Shown: positions 1 to 11,100 of the stretch, one piece after another
Position numbering within the stretch: position 1 is the first letter of the stretch
Layout of the letters: every line of letters starts with the position of its first letter
Assembly (NCBI GenBank): GCA_943789475.1
Contig: CALSUG010000006.1
Coordinates: 199,425 to 263,424, forward strand
Length of the DNA: 64,000 bases
Reading direction: 5' to 3'
Source: an uncultured Alphaproteobacteria bacterium
GTDB lineage: Bacteria > Pseudomonadota > Alphaproteobacteria > Micavibrionales > UBA1664
The notes under the pieces: model-generated
The model's input: only the letters and a program-made list of their open reading frames with translations
Database searches by the model: none
What the model was told of the DNA's origin: nothing
Made by a program: the position numbers and the translations under genes

Positions 1-291
1 ATTGTATAAACAATCATCAACTATATTTTTTGGGGAAGAAAAATTATGATACTATTAACTTTAATTACAATTTTAGGCGCAATTACATTTCCAGCGCTAA
101 TCACATTTTCCATTATCAATGGAAAGCGATCTGAAAAAATTTTTATGCAAACATTGAATAATGCAATGCAATTTAAAAACATTCATAATCACATGGTTCG
201 TTTTGCATTCCATAAATCAGCTGAATTGTAAAAATCACGAAGTTCAGAAACACGTATAATTTGGCCAATATGACGTAAAAACAAGATGCAG

Positions 292-660
292 ATCGGAAGG
301 TCTGTAAGCCGGATTTTGTACACGTTTCTGTTCCACAAAGTGGGGAAACGGTGGCAATCATTCATCTAGGGTGGTTGTCACCAATCACCTCATGCGCCCT
401 ACCCGAACTCCGATGCAAAGATACACCATAATGGAATTCCTATTTGGGCTTGCATCCAACAGGGTTTACAATGCCTTTATTGTTACCAACAAAGCGGTGC
501 GCTCTTACCGCACCTTTTCACCCTTACCTGACAAGCAGGCGGTTTGTTTTCTGTTGCACTTTCCCTCGAGTTACCCCGGGCGGGCGTTACCCGCTGCTGT
601 TTCTTTGTGATGTCCGGACTTTCCTCTTGTTTAAAACAAGCGATCGCCCAACCTTCCGAT
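292..660 (-). ncRNA. rnpB: RNase P RNA, bacterial type A
   Basis: The minus-strand read starts AUCGGAAGGU (660-651) and ends ACCUUCCGAU (301-292), giving a 10-bp P1 helix. It contains GAGGAAAGUCCGGA (626-613) and UACAAAAUCCGGCUUACAG (320-302), both universally conserved RNase P RNA blocks. Track ORFs 371..610 and 444..896 lie inside or across it and are artefacts. Confidence 0.85.
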
Positions 661-681
661 CACACATATGCTTTATATATC

Positions 682-1173
682 CTATAGAGATCTTATTGCA
701 AGATTTTCATTCACTAGACGATCCCATGGGAATAATTCACCTGGATCTTGTTTACGGTCAGGCGCAATGTCAGAATGCCCCAATACCAATTTTTTATCGA
801 TTGGGTATTGAGCATGTAAATCCTTCATCAAGAATATTAACGCATCCATTTGCACATTTGGAAATGGGCGATATCCAAATTCATGACCAGGGTTAACCAA
901 TTCAATTCCAACTGAAAAGTCATTAAAGTTTTTCAATTCATTCCATTGTGAAACACCTGCATGCCATGCACGTTTGTCAGGCGAAACATGATTATAAACC
1001 GTACCATCCTCATCAATCGTATAATGGGCACTCACCTCCGCTTGAACATCACACAATCTATTTAAGGCATCTTGTGCCGTTCTCATACCCGTATAATGGA
1101 TAATAATTGAGTTAATAATCACACCATCCGGGCGATCATTATAATTGGATGAAGGCATATGTATCATGTTCAT
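682..1173 (-). CDS. N-acetylmuramoyl-L-alanine amidase (Amidase_2 / AmpD-like)
   Basis: 163-aa ORF with IIIHYTG, AHYTIDEDG, AWHAGVSQW, GIELVN and LGHSDIAPDRKQDPG motifs typical of AmpD-type zinc amidases. Confidence 0.8.
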   Translation of the reverse strand: MNMIHMPSSNYNDRPDGVIINSIIIHYTGMRTAQDALNRLCDVQAEVSAHYTIDEDGTVYNHVSPDKRAWHAGVSQWNELKNFNDFSVGIELVNPGHEFGYRPFPNVQMDALIFLMKDLHAQYPIDKKLVLGHSDIAPDRKQDPGELFPWDRLVNENLAIRSL

Positions 1174-1367
1174 AATAATACATGATTTCGCTTGAATTTC
1201 GACTTAATTAAGCCGGTTAAGTTTAAACAAACCATACTAACATGTTGATATTATTAATTCCGACTTAAACGACTTAGGGCTTTTCTTTTTAGGTGAGAAC
1301 AATTTTATCATATTAGATAGGCTTATTATACTATACAAGTATCAATCCATGTGACTTTTTGTACAAA

Positions 1368-2120
1368 TCATACTCCAACAATCAATTTAACGCACAACAC
1401 ACTAACCATTCCCTTTAGCAGATAAACAAAGATCTTGCTGTCTATTTTATGCAATATTTTTGTGCCAACCCAACTGCCTAAAAAACCACTGACCACCATC
1501 AATATGATCAGTGGTATATATGCATAAAATGCAAAACCAAAAATCCCAAATATAATGATTTTAACAACATGTAATGAGGTCATACAAACCGCATGGGATG
1601 CGATAATTTGTTGCCGTGACAAATTCATTCGTGACATTGCCGCACCAAATATCATGCCACCACCCGCACCAAACATTCCTACAAAAGACGCAAGCCAACC
1701 TAGTACAGAAATTTTATACGGAATATCAATCGTTCGTTTGAATTTTGGCAGCCAGATAAAAACAAGTGCCAGCACCCCTACAATAATTTTTAAAATGTCT
1801 TGAGGCATATTGAAAACAAGTTGAGAACCACAAAAACTACCGACAATTACACCTGCAACAAATGGAATTAAAAATAACCAATTGATATATTTCCTCAATA
1901 AAAAAGAACGACTTACATTACTTCCCAATTGCACAACACCATGCACAGGAATGACCGTTAATGGCGGATAAAACATCAACATAACAATCATCAACATAAC
2001 GCCACCACCGACCCCCATTACCGCCGTAATTAAGGATGTAATAAAACTAACGCTAATTAAAAAATAGTCAGACCATAATAAATCAAACATATGTACCCCC
2101 ATAAAAAAAATGCCCCTCAT
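1368..2120 (-). CDS. TauE/SafE (TSUP) family membrane permease
   Basis: 250-aa polytopic membrane ORF with paired Gly-rich TM motifs (VMGVGGGVM, MFGAGGGMIFG). The real start may be the internal Met at 2090. Confidence 0.75.
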   Translation of the reverse strand: MRGIFFMGVHMFDLLWSDYFLISVSFITSLITAVMGVGGGVMLMIVMLMFYPPLTVIPVHGVVQLGSNVSRSFLLRKYINWLFLIPFVAGVIVGSFCGSQLVFNMPQDILKIIVGVLALVFIWLPKFKRTIDIPYKISVLGWLASFVGMFGAGGGMIFGAAMSRMNLSRQQIIASHAVCMTSLHVVKIIIFGIFGFAFYAYIPLIILMVVSGFLGSWVGTKILHKIDSKIFVYLLKGMVSVLCVKLIVGV

Positions 2121-2138
2121 CGGGACATTTAAAATGAT

Positions 2139-2681
2139 TTATTTTGTTGTGTCTGGGCTCATCACCATCAGGATTTGTCGACCTTCTGTTTTCGCCTCTT
2201 GATCAACCTTGGCAATATCTAACATATCGGCCTTCATACGTTGAACAACTTCCATACCCAATTGGATATGCGCCATTTCACGTCCACGGAAACGTAGCGA
2301 AACTTTTAATTTATCACCTTGTTCGATAAATTTACGCGCCGCCTTTAATTTCGTTTGATAATCATGATCACCTATCGCAGGACGAAGTTTTATTTCTTTC
2401 ACATTCACCGTGACTTGTCTTTTTTTGGCTTCACTTTGTTTTTTTTGTTGTTCAAATCTAAATTTACCGTAATCAAGAATTTTACAAACAGGTGGTTCTG
2501 CATTTGGAGAAATCTCAACCAAATCCATTCCAATTTCGTAAGCCTTTTCAATAGCTTGCTTCGTCCCATAAACACCCAGCATTTCACCATCGGCATCAAT
2601 TAATCGAATTTTCATGTTAGTGATAGCCTCGTTAATACGTGTGCCGTCACCTTTTTGTGGTTTTTGGAATGGTCGTCTGAT
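2139..2681 (-). CDS. infC: translation initiation factor IF-3
   Basis: IF-3 signature: KIRLIDADGEMLGV, EISPNAEPPVCKILDYGKFRFEQQKK, KEIKLRP. Homology continues upstream of the first ATG (RRPFQKPQKGDGTRINEAITN) with no in-frame ATG. AGGAG at 2690-2694 is followed 8 nt later by ATC at 2679-2681, which fits the non-AUG start typical of infC. The 5' end is uncertain. Confidence 0.85.
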   Translation of the reverse strand: MRRPFQKPQKGDGTRINEAITNMKIRLIDADGEMLGVYGTKQAIEKAYEIGMDLVEISPNAEPPVCKILDYGKFRFEQQKKQSEAKKRQVTVNVKEIKLRPAIGDHDYQTKLKAARKFIEQGDKLKVSLRFRGREMAHIQLGMEVVQRMKADMLDIAKVDQEAKTEGRQILMVMSPDTTK

Positions 2682-2751
2682 TTTAAAATCTCCTAATTTT
2701 TGTTACTTCAATCATATTAATATGGCGGTTTTGCAAGTCTTGCAAGGGTTT

Positions 2752-4212
2752 TTATCGTTCATTCATTGCTTGGCTTAAACTTTTTATCAATGGCTTCATA
2801 ATATATTCCATCACGGTCTTCTCTCCAGTCAAGATATCAACCGATGCAACCATACCTGGAATGATAGGTAAATTTTCACCATTACGTGTAATTGTATTCT
2901 CATTTGTTGTAATACGAATTTTATAAAAACTTTCACCCTTTTCATCCGTGATTGTATCCGCGGAAATCCCTGTCAACTCCCCCTTTAATCCGCCATAGAT
3001 AGAAAAATCATATGCCGTAATTTTCACCGTTGCCTCTTGTCCTGGGTGCAAGAATGCAACATCAGACGGTTTAATTTGCGCCTCAACCACCAATTGATCA
3101 TCCAATGGTACAATTTCCATGATGGCATCACCTGGCTTAATAACACCACTACCATCACTTGTTTGAATACGAATGTCCTTCACAATACCACGCACGGGTG
3201 AGCGAATATCAGTACGACTTTTCCTATCTTGTAATGCAGGCATCTGTTGTTCTAATGCCTTTACATCAATTAATGCCGATGTCATGTCATTTTGTGCGGT
3301 TGTACGGAATGTGGTTTCTATATCTTTTAAGCGAGCCTCGGCCTCGGCAATTGCAGAACGAGCACGAGGTAAACTTGATCGCAATCCATTAATTTCGGAT
3401 TGCTGTTGCGCTAATTGTTGCTCCAATTGCAAAACATCACGTTTTGGCGCGGATCCACGATCCACCAATGGCTTAATCATGGCCATTTCCTCACGTGTCA
3501 GCGCAATAACACGATTCAAATCACCCAATCGCGTATTAATTTCCGACACTTCCTGACGACGTTGTGACCGTTGAGATTCCAAAACTGATTTTTGAGAGTT
3601 CAATTGAGACCTATTCGCACGAAATGAATTCAATTCCTCTTGAACCGTTTGCGGAATGGCCGCAATCATTTCTTCACTAAACTCCAATACAGCTTGCCCC
3701 TCGGCTTCGGCTTGCAAACGCATAACCTTCGCCTGTAATCCCATCATACGGGCACGCACGGAACCTAACTCAGATGACGCACCAACATCAGACAAGCGCA
3801 TCAATATCTGCCCTGTATCAACGGTATCGCCTTCTTTGACTAATAATTGCTGAACTGTTCCACCTTCTTGATGTTGAATAATTTGAACTTCACTAGAAGG
3901 GACAACCTTCCCCTGCCCACGCGTAATTTCATCCAATTTCGCAAAATTTGCCCAAATAATAAAAGATAAAATAATTCCAATGATAAAGAAGAATTGCAAG
4001 TGACGCGCAAGGGGCAAATCCTCATCTGTGACCAACATCTTATCACCATAAGCCTCAACCTTACTCATACCACGTGATATTGATGATGATGCCTTATGCA
4101 GCACATCCCAATCCTTTGCACTATTCAGGTTTGGTTTAGCTTGTTTTTCATCAACCTTTAGCTTCAATTCTTTCACAGGTTCTTTTTTTACTGGTTTCTT
4201 TTTATCCGCCAT
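2752..4212 (-). CDS. type I secretion periplasmic adaptor (HlyD/LapC family)
   Basis: 486 aa with a single N-terminal TM (FFFIIGIILSFIIWANFA), a long Q/R/E-rich coiled coil and a C-terminal barrel region. Its start overlaps the stop of the upstream ABC gene at 4212. Confidence 0.9.
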   Translation of the reverse strand: MADKKKPVKKEPVKELKLKVDEKQAKPNLNSAKDWDVLHKASSSISRGMSKVEAYGDKMLVTDEDLPLARHLQFFFIIGIILSFIIWANFAKLDEITRGQGKVVPSSEVQIIQHQEGGTVQQLLVKEGDTVDTGQILMRLSDVGASSELGSVRARMMGLQAKVMRLQAEAEGQAVLEFSEEMIAAIPQTVQEELNSFRANRSQLNSQKSVLESQRSQRRQEVSEINTRLGDLNRVIALTREEMAMIKPLVDRGSAPKRDVLQLEQQLAQQQSEINGLRSSLPRARSAIAEAEARLKDIETTFRTTAQNDMTSALIDVKALEQQMPALQDRKSRTDIRSPVRGIVKDIRIQTSDGSGVIKPGDAIMEIVPLDDQLVVEAQIKPSDVAFLHPGQEATVKITAYDFSIYGGLKGELTGISADTITDEKGESFYKIRITTNENTITRNGENLPIIPGMVASVDILTGEKTVMEYIMKPLIKSLSQAMNER

Positions 4213-6551
4213 TACTTCCCTGCCTTTTCTGCTTCTGGATCAGCATCAATAGTGCGTTTAAATTCACCTTTTTGAAGACGGTCAATCACTTCTTGTTTTG
4301 GCCCATCTGCCAAAATTTTTCCACGATCCATCAAGATTAATCGATCACATAATTGCAACATACTTCCCTTATGCGTAATCAATATCATCGTACGGTCACG
4401 GTTAATAGCATGCAAACGACGCATTAAACGGTTTTCCGATGACGGGTCCATTGATGCCGTCGGTTCATCCAAAATCATTACAGGTGGATCATATAACAAG
4501 GCACGCGCTACGGCGACAGCTTGTTGTTGTCCACCAGACAACGCTTCGCCTCGCTCACCAACTTGCGTATCCAAACCATGTTGCGTATCACGCAAAAATT
4601 CCATCACACCTGACAACTCAGCGGCGCGCAATACAGCACGTTCTGGTGCTGTCTCGTGCCCCATCGTAATGTTTTCACGCACTGAACCATAAAATAGCAT
4701 TGGACGTTGCTGAACCACACCAATATTACGGCGTAAATCACCTGGGTCGACTTGGCGCACATCCGTTTCATCCAATAAAATCGCACCTGTATCTGGATCA
4801 TACAAATTCATCAACAGGCGTTGTAATGTTGTTTTACCCGATCCAACTGCACCAATAATACCAACATGTTCACCCGGTTGAATGTTCAAAGAAATCTTGC
4901 TCATAGCAGGAACCGATTGATCTGGATAATGGAATGTCACATCGCGGAATTCGACATTTCCTTTAGCCTGTGGAACAGAAATAAAGCTTTTTCCCTTTGG
5001 ACGCTCAACATCCTTCTCCATCAAATCATCTAATTGTTTTAAAGATTCACGAGATTGATTCATACGTGTCAACAACCCTGCAACCTGCCCTAATGGAGCC
5101 ATCGCACGCCCAGACAACAAGACGCACGCAATCAATGCTCCCATGGATAATTCACCTTCGGTGATCAAATGCACACCAACAATGATAATCATCACGGATG
5201 CCATTTGTTGCAAGAATACCGCCCAATTTTGTGTTTTTGATGAAATACGGCGAATTTTCACACCTGTGTGTGATGCCTTATCTGTTAGCTCTTCCCAACG
5301 GCGCTGTGTATGGCTCTCCGCGGCTTGCACTTTAATTGTTTCAAGACCTGTTACAGTTTCAAATAACAACGCGCTTTTCAATGCGCTCTCAGCCATAGAT
5401 TCTTGGATGACACCTTTCAATTGACGTTGATAATACAGCCCAATCAAAATCACCAATGGCATAACAATCAAGGGAACGAGTGCAACCATTCCACCCAAAA
5501 GATACATAACAACAACAAATAGTGCTGCAAATGGCAAGTCGATCAATGTAACCATTGTCGCAGAAGTAAAGAAATCTCGTACCGTTTCAAATTCACGCAT
5601 CGTGCTCGTTAATACGCCTGCACTCCCTGGTCTTTGCGACAATTTCATACCTAATACTTGCTCGAAAATGCCTGCCGACATTTTCACATCGGCGCGACGC
5701 CCTGCAATGTCCAAAAACATTGCTCGCAAATTTTTCAACATAAAATCAAATACGTAAGCCAGTGTAACACCCGCGGCCAATACCCACAATGTATCAACCG
5801 CATTGTTAGGCACAACGCGGTCATACACATTCATAACGAATAAAGGTGAAATCAGTGCAAAAATATTGATAAAGATCGCGCCTAACATGACCTCAATATA
5901 AATACCCTTATTTTCTTTTAATTTTGACCAAAACCAATCACGCCCCTGCTCCAACAATGCTGGCCCTGCACGATCATCAGCACGAAATGTCGGACGAATA
6001 AAGAAACAATTACCTGTATAGATAGGCATCAATTCTTTTAATGTCATTGATCTGTTTTCATCGGGGGTTTCCGGAAAAGAAACCGTAAATAATGTTTCTA
6101 CAGCCAATGCTTTTTTACCACTTTTGTTTTTCTGAATGACTGATTCACCTTTTGGATGACTAATCTCTTTTAAAATACAAGCCTGGCCACCTTCAAGAAT
6201 TAAAATACACGGAAGGTTCGGCGCAATAGCTAATGCAGGTAATGTTTTTGAAACCAACCGCGCCGACAAATCCGCACGTTCAGCCGCACGAACAAATAAA
6301 TTCGGTGTAATACCTGATCTAGGGACAGGAAGACCCGCAATTAAACCATTTGACGATACACGACGACCGTAATGGCCAGCCATAATTTGCAAACACTCAA
6401 GCAATGGATCTTTTAACGCCAGTCGGTCGGCCTGTAATGGCCATGCAACATTTTCCTCCTTCTGAGGGGATGCATGCTGCTGCTCTGTGTTACCCACATC
6501 TTGTGTAGATTTTTCTTTGTTTTCTTTTGGGTTATCTTGCTTGTCGCTCAC
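4212..6551 (-). CDS. type I secretion ABC transporter, ATPase/permease with N-terminal C39-like domain (LapB/HlyB type)
   Basis: 779 aa with an N-terminal peptidase-C39-like region, a 6-TM exporter core, Walker A GAVGSGKTT, signature LSGGQQQ and Walker B MILDEPTAS. Confidence 0.9.
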   Translation of the reverse strand: MSDKQDNPKENKEKSTQDVGNTEQQHASPQKEENVAWPLQADRLALKDPLLECLQIMAGHYGRRVSSNGLIAGLPVPRSGITPNLFVRAAERADLSARLVSKTLPALAIAPNLPCILILEGGQACILKEISHPKGESVIQKNKSGKKALAVETLFTVSFPETPDENRSMTLKELMPIYTGNCFFIRPTFRADDRAGPALLEQGRDWFWSKLKENKGIYIEVMLGAIFINIFALISPLFVMNVYDRVVPNNAVDTLWVLAAGVTLAYVFDFMLKNLRAMFLDIAGRRADVKMSAGIFEQVLGMKLSQRPGSAGVLTSTMREFETVRDFFTSATMVTLIDLPFAALFVVVMYLLGGMVALVPLIVMPLVILIGLYYQRQLKGVIQESMAESALKSALLFETVTGLETIKVQAAESHTQRRWEELTDKASHTGVKIRRISSKTQNWAVFLQQMASVMIIIVGVHLITEGELSMGALIACVLLSGRAMAPLGQVAGLLTRMNQSRESLKQLDDLMEKDVERPKGKSFISVPQAKGNVEFRDVTFHYPDQSVPAMSKISLNIQPGEHVGIIGAVGSGKTTLQRLLMNLYDPDTGAILLDETDVRQVDPGDLRRNIGVVQQRPMLFYGSVRENITMGHETAPERAVLRAAELSGVMEFLRDTQHGLDTQVGERGEALSGGQQQAVAVARALLYDPPVMILDEPTASMDPSSENRLMRRLHAINRDRTMILITHKGSMLQLCDRLILMDRGKILADGPKQEVIDRLQKGEFKRTIDADPEAEKAGK

Positions 6552-6643
6552 GTCAGAGAATTCCTAATAGCTAATTAATCGCCTCAGAGTATGGCGATAT
6601 AACCTTAATAATATCTTTATTTTAATAAATTGCAAAGATGCAT

Positions 6644-6670
6644 AAAAAAAACCGCCCTAAAGGACGGTTC
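6644..6670 (-). terminator. rho-independent terminator after tolC
   Basis: On the minus strand: AACCGUCC-UUUA-GGGCGGUU followed by U8. The stem is perfect on the minus strand (one G-U pair) but has a C-A mismatch on the plus strand. It lies 24 nt after the tolC stop. Confidence 0.6.
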
Positions 6671-6693
6671 ATTTTAAATACTTACATCTAGTT

Positions 6694-8043
6694 TTAGTAG
6701 TTAACTAATTGCGCTGTAGCTTCCGCAGGAACGCTAACACCAAGTGTTGGAAGAAGCTTACCCTGCAAACCCAACAGACGATAAACAGCCAACATTTCAA
6801 CATACTCTGCACTTACAGCGTTAGAGCGAGAAACAAACAGTTCATTTTGTGAATCCAAAACATCAAGTAGAGTACGACGATCTAATTCAAACTGATCCTT
6901 GTATGCCGCAACAACTTTTTCATTTGCAATCGCTTGCGCTGCGAACTCATTCGCACGCTCGCCTGCAGAAACCATTGATGCCCATGTTTGACGGATATCA
7001 TTTTCCAATTGGCGTGCACCCTCTACTCGAGATTCTTTTGCTTGCGCATGACGATAAACATGTTCACGACGTAATGCTGTATCAATACCACCACGGTAAA
7101 CATTCCAATTGGCAACAATTTGCGCTGATGCTGACTTATCATTACCATCAACACCACTTAAATCATCATTTTGACGACCTTGTAGTTGAAGATCAACTTC
7201 TGGCCAAAATGCCGATTCCGTTGCTTCATATTCTTGCCATGAAACATCCATATCTTCTTCGAAAATTCCAAGCGTTGGCGAATTTGTAACAGCAACTTTA
7301 ATTGCTTCATCAACATCCGCAGCAACTGCCTCAACTGGTAAAACTGGCATAATTAAAACATCTGGTTTTTCGCCAATTTCACGAATATAGAGAGCTTCTG
7401 CATTACGTAATGATTGCTTTACATTCGCTTCGTTTGCTTTTGCTGCTGCTAAACGTGCCTCAGCCTGTGCAATATCTGCTTCTGTTGAACGACCTGCCTG
7501 CACAGTTGCAATAATTTCATTCATCATTGAACCATGCTCACGAACATTATCACGTGCAATACGCAACAAATCACGTTGGCGTAAGACCTCTAAATATGAT
7601 TCAACTATATCAAATCCAACAAGTTCTGCCGTTTCATGAACACGATATGCCGCAGAGCGTGTACGCGCTTCTTGACGATCAACTTCATTTTGAGCCGCAA
7701 AACCATCAAATAGCATTTGTGTCAAAGTTGCAGTATAATCATAAATTCCACGTGAACGATCATCTAAACCTGCGGCACGAGTACCTTGATCATCCGTATA
7801 TTCAACGCCAGCACTTGCTCTTAAATCCACTGAAGGTAAAAACAAACCGTGTGCTTGTCTTAACTCTTCATCTGTTGCACGGCGGTTATTTGCAACGACA
7901 CCATATTCTGGGTTTGACGCCAAGCCACGTGTCAATGCGTCCTCTAAGGCAATTTCTTCTGCAGATACAGATCCAAAACCTAATGTCACAACAAAAGATA
8001 GTGTTAGTGCGGTTGTTTTTAATAATGTTGTCATTGTCTTCAC
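6694..8043 (-). CDS. tolC: TolC-family outer membrane channel of the type I secretion system
   Basis: 449 aa with a signal peptide ending SVSA-EE, a two-fold internal TolC repeat and the pattern LEDALTRGLASNPEY...LRQA. It is adjacent to the T1SS ABC/HlyD genes and the substrate. Confidence 0.85.
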   Translation of the reverse strand: MKTMTTLLKTTALTLSFVVTLGFGSVSAEEIALEDALTRGLASNPEYGVVANNRRATDEELRQAHGLFLPSVDLRASAGVEYTDDQGTRAAGLDDRSRGIYDYTATLTQMLFDGFAAQNEVDRQEARTRSAAYRVHETAELVGFDIVESYLEVLRQRDLLRIARDNVREHGSMMNEIIATVQAGRSTEADIAQAEARLAAAKANEANVKQSLRNAEALYIREIGEKPDVLIMPVLPVEAVAADVDEAIKVAVTNSPTLGIFEEDMDVSWQEYEATESAFWPEVDLQLQGRQNDDLSGVDGNDKSASAQIVANWNVYRGGIDTALRREHVYRHAQAKESRVEGARQLENDIRQTWASMVSAGERANEFAAQAIANEKVVAAYKDQFELDRRTLLDVLDSQNELFVSRSNAVSAEYVEMLAVYRLLGLQGKLLPTLGVSVPAEATAQLVNY

Positions 8044-8090
8044 TCCTTAGACATTTGAACTTTATAAGTAATAAACACGTATATTTCACA

Positions 8091-8124
8091 AAAAGCAAGA
8101 GCGCAGTAACTTTTCTGCGCTCTT
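8091..8124 (-). terminator. rho-independent terminator after the adhesin gene
   Basis: 10-bp perfect stem AAGAGCGCAG / CTGCGCUCUU (8097-8106 / 8115-8124) with an 8-nt loop. On the minus strand it is followed by GCUUUUUG. Confidence 0.6.
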
Positions 8125-8143
8125 ATCCTTAGATTACAATACC

Positions 8144-11100
8144 TTAATAGACATCTATATGTCCCTGATCATAAAGATCTTGGACATCAAGGTTGTTAAT
8201 ATTAATACCTGAATGGTTTTCAATACGTGCAACATTATAAAAATCGTTACCATTTCCATCCGTATTCACCTGAACCATGGCATCACCACCAACATTCACG
8301 ATACGTACAAAATCTGTAATATCGTCATTGGCACCAAAACCTGAAATCACATCGATTAACGACAACACATCACCTTGCGCCAAATTGAAATCCATAATTT
8401 GATCTACGACATTGTTGTTATTTGCCTTGTCTGCATCAATTACAAAAACATCTGCCCCTATGCCACCCCAAAGTTGATTATTTCCTTTTTCACCAAATAA
8501 AACATCATTTCCCTGAGCACCAAATAATTTGTCATTACCTGTCCAGCCATAAATAGCGTCATTACCAATATTACCTGCAATAACATCATTGCCTGTCCAA
8601 CCAAACACCTGAGCGCCGTCAGTATCTTGTGTTTGATACGCCGCATGACCTCCAATTGTTGTATTAGGACCATGAATTTGATTACCGTAATCTGACGCAT
8701 CATTTTGTGTCTGAGTTACTTTAACCACTTTAATATCCAGCACTCCATAATCTTGGTCACCGTCTCCATCCTGAATACGGTATCCAAATTTTTCTCTATG
8801 GCTTGAGTTTGGAGAACCCTCTTCAGAAACATAAGCATATGAACCATCTTTAAACATATATAATTGCCCGTGATCACCCTGAACAACCATGGCATCACCA
8901 CCTTCGGCAAAATTATAAGTCTTACCACCGAATGTAACTGATTTAATTGTATTTGGTCCTTCAACACTCAACACATCACGACCATTATTATCTTGGTTAT
9001 GATTTGTTATAACGTTACCAATCGTTGCCCAATCACAAGACCATAACGTCACAACATCATCTTTCGCAACAGGACCTGTATCCTGCACTCGAACAGTCAA
9101 CGTTGTTGTTGAAACATCTCCATCATCATCTCTTGCACAAATACGGAAATTCAGATTCACACGCTCATTCGGATTTGTTGCAGATGCATTATCCAACGGA
9201 CCAAACTGTTTAAACTGATAAGAACCGTCTGGATTCACCTTCAGTGTAAATATTGTTTGACCACCCGCTTTACCCACATATGTGTTACCTGCACCATTAA
9301 CAGTCACATTGATTGGCACACCACCTGATGATAAATTGCCACCAGCCATAGCGCCTGTCGCTGTAAAGTGACCTCCTGCTGGTATACAGAATTCACCAGG
9401 ACCATCACTTCCAAAATCAGCCACAATAGTACCGTTAATGACATTTGTATTTGTCAAATCACGCTCATACGATATTGGTGATCCAGGTTGTGTAATCACA
9501 GGAACATCATCCGCATTAACAACCAAACGTAAGTTTGTATTTGTTGTCGCAGTATTATTGTTCAAGTTAAAGTCTGTATCTGTTACACGTTCAGTCGACG
9601 TTACAGATAATGTTAAATTAAACGTACCTGTTACACCGTCTGGAACATTGATCTTCAAGTTATTCAACTGATTTTGTGTCAATTCCCAAACGCCTGGTGA
9701 TACTTCCGTCCCTTTATTCAGAGAAGCTCCATTTGGTATTCCAGAAATAGTAATCTTACTCAAACTTTCAGAACCATCTGTATCTGTTAATCCTGCAGAA
9801 ACATTCAAGTTAATCGATGTTCCTTCTTCACCAGAAGCATTTGATGCCGTCAATGTCGGTGCATCTGCAACTGCATCAACAATGATCTCACCAGCTGTCG
9901 ATGTCGACTGTGTCTGGTTCGTTGTTGTGTTTGTTGATGTCGCAGTAACCGTTAGGCCTGTCAAATCAACATCGCTGTCTGCTGGCGGTGTAAAACGCAA
10001 GCTATTTGCAAAATCTTGACCCGCAGGCATCGTGATTGTCCACGTCCCTGTCGCAGCATTGTAAGAACCACCTGCCAAGTGTGATAGACCCCATGATGAT
10101 GGTATACCGCTCACTTCAACTGTTAATTGTTGTGGTGCATTACCATTCAATGACGCTGTGATTGGAACCAATACTGAGCCATCTTCAAGAACTTGAGCTG
10201 AACCTGATCCATTTGCACCAAATGTTACTGATGGTGGCTGGTTATCTGGGTTCACCGCAATAACAACACTATCTGTTGATGTCGCAGTATTATTGTTCAA
10301 GTTAAAGTCATTATCCGTCACAGATTCTGTTGATGTTACTGACACACTCAATGTCACGTTACCGTTACCATTTGCTGGCGTGTTCAAGCGAACATTATTC
10401 AACTGACCTTGTGTTAATTCCCAAACACCTGGTGATACTTCTGTTCCTTTGTTCAAGCTGTAACCAGCTGGAACACCAGAAATAGTCACTTTACCAAGTG
10501 TTTCAGAGCCATCTGTATCTGTTAATGAGTTCGACAAATCAATCTTAACTGATTGACCTGCAACCACACTCTTATCAGAACCAGCATCAATAACCGGCGC
10601 ATCTGCAACTGCATCAACAATGATCTCACCAGCTGTCGATGTCGACTGTGTCTGGTTCGTTGTTGTGTTTGTTGATGTCGCAGTAACCGTTAGGCCTGTC
10701 AAATCAACATCGCTGTCTGCTGGCGGTGTAAAACGCAAGCTATTTGCAAAATCTTGACCCGCAGGCATCGTGATTGTCCACGTCCCTGTCGCAGCATTGT
10801 AAGAACCACCTGCCAAGTGTGATAGACCCCATGATGATGGTATACCGCTCACTTCAACTGTTAATTGTTGTGGTGCATTACCATTCAATGACGCTGTGAT
10901 TGGAACCAATACTGAGCCATCTTCAAGAACTTGAGCTGAACCTGATCCATTTGCACCAAATGTTACTGATGGTGGCTGGTTATCTGGGTTCACCGCAATA
11001 ACAACACTGTCTGAACTTCCTGCTTGATTATTACTCAAATTAAAATCGTTATCCGTTACAGATTCCGTTGAGGTTACACGAACTGTCAATGCAACATTAC

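Noticed and set aside
46-231. 61-aa hydrophobic ORF at the window start
   Set aside because: It could be a small membrane protein, but there is no recognisable motif and no conservation evidence is available. It is too weak to report as a feature.
371-896. Track ORFs 371..610 and 444..896 (+)
   Set aside because: They lie within or across the RNase P RNA gene and the 3' end of the amidase gene. They have low-complexity, Arg/Pro-rich, RNA-gene-like translations and no coding support.
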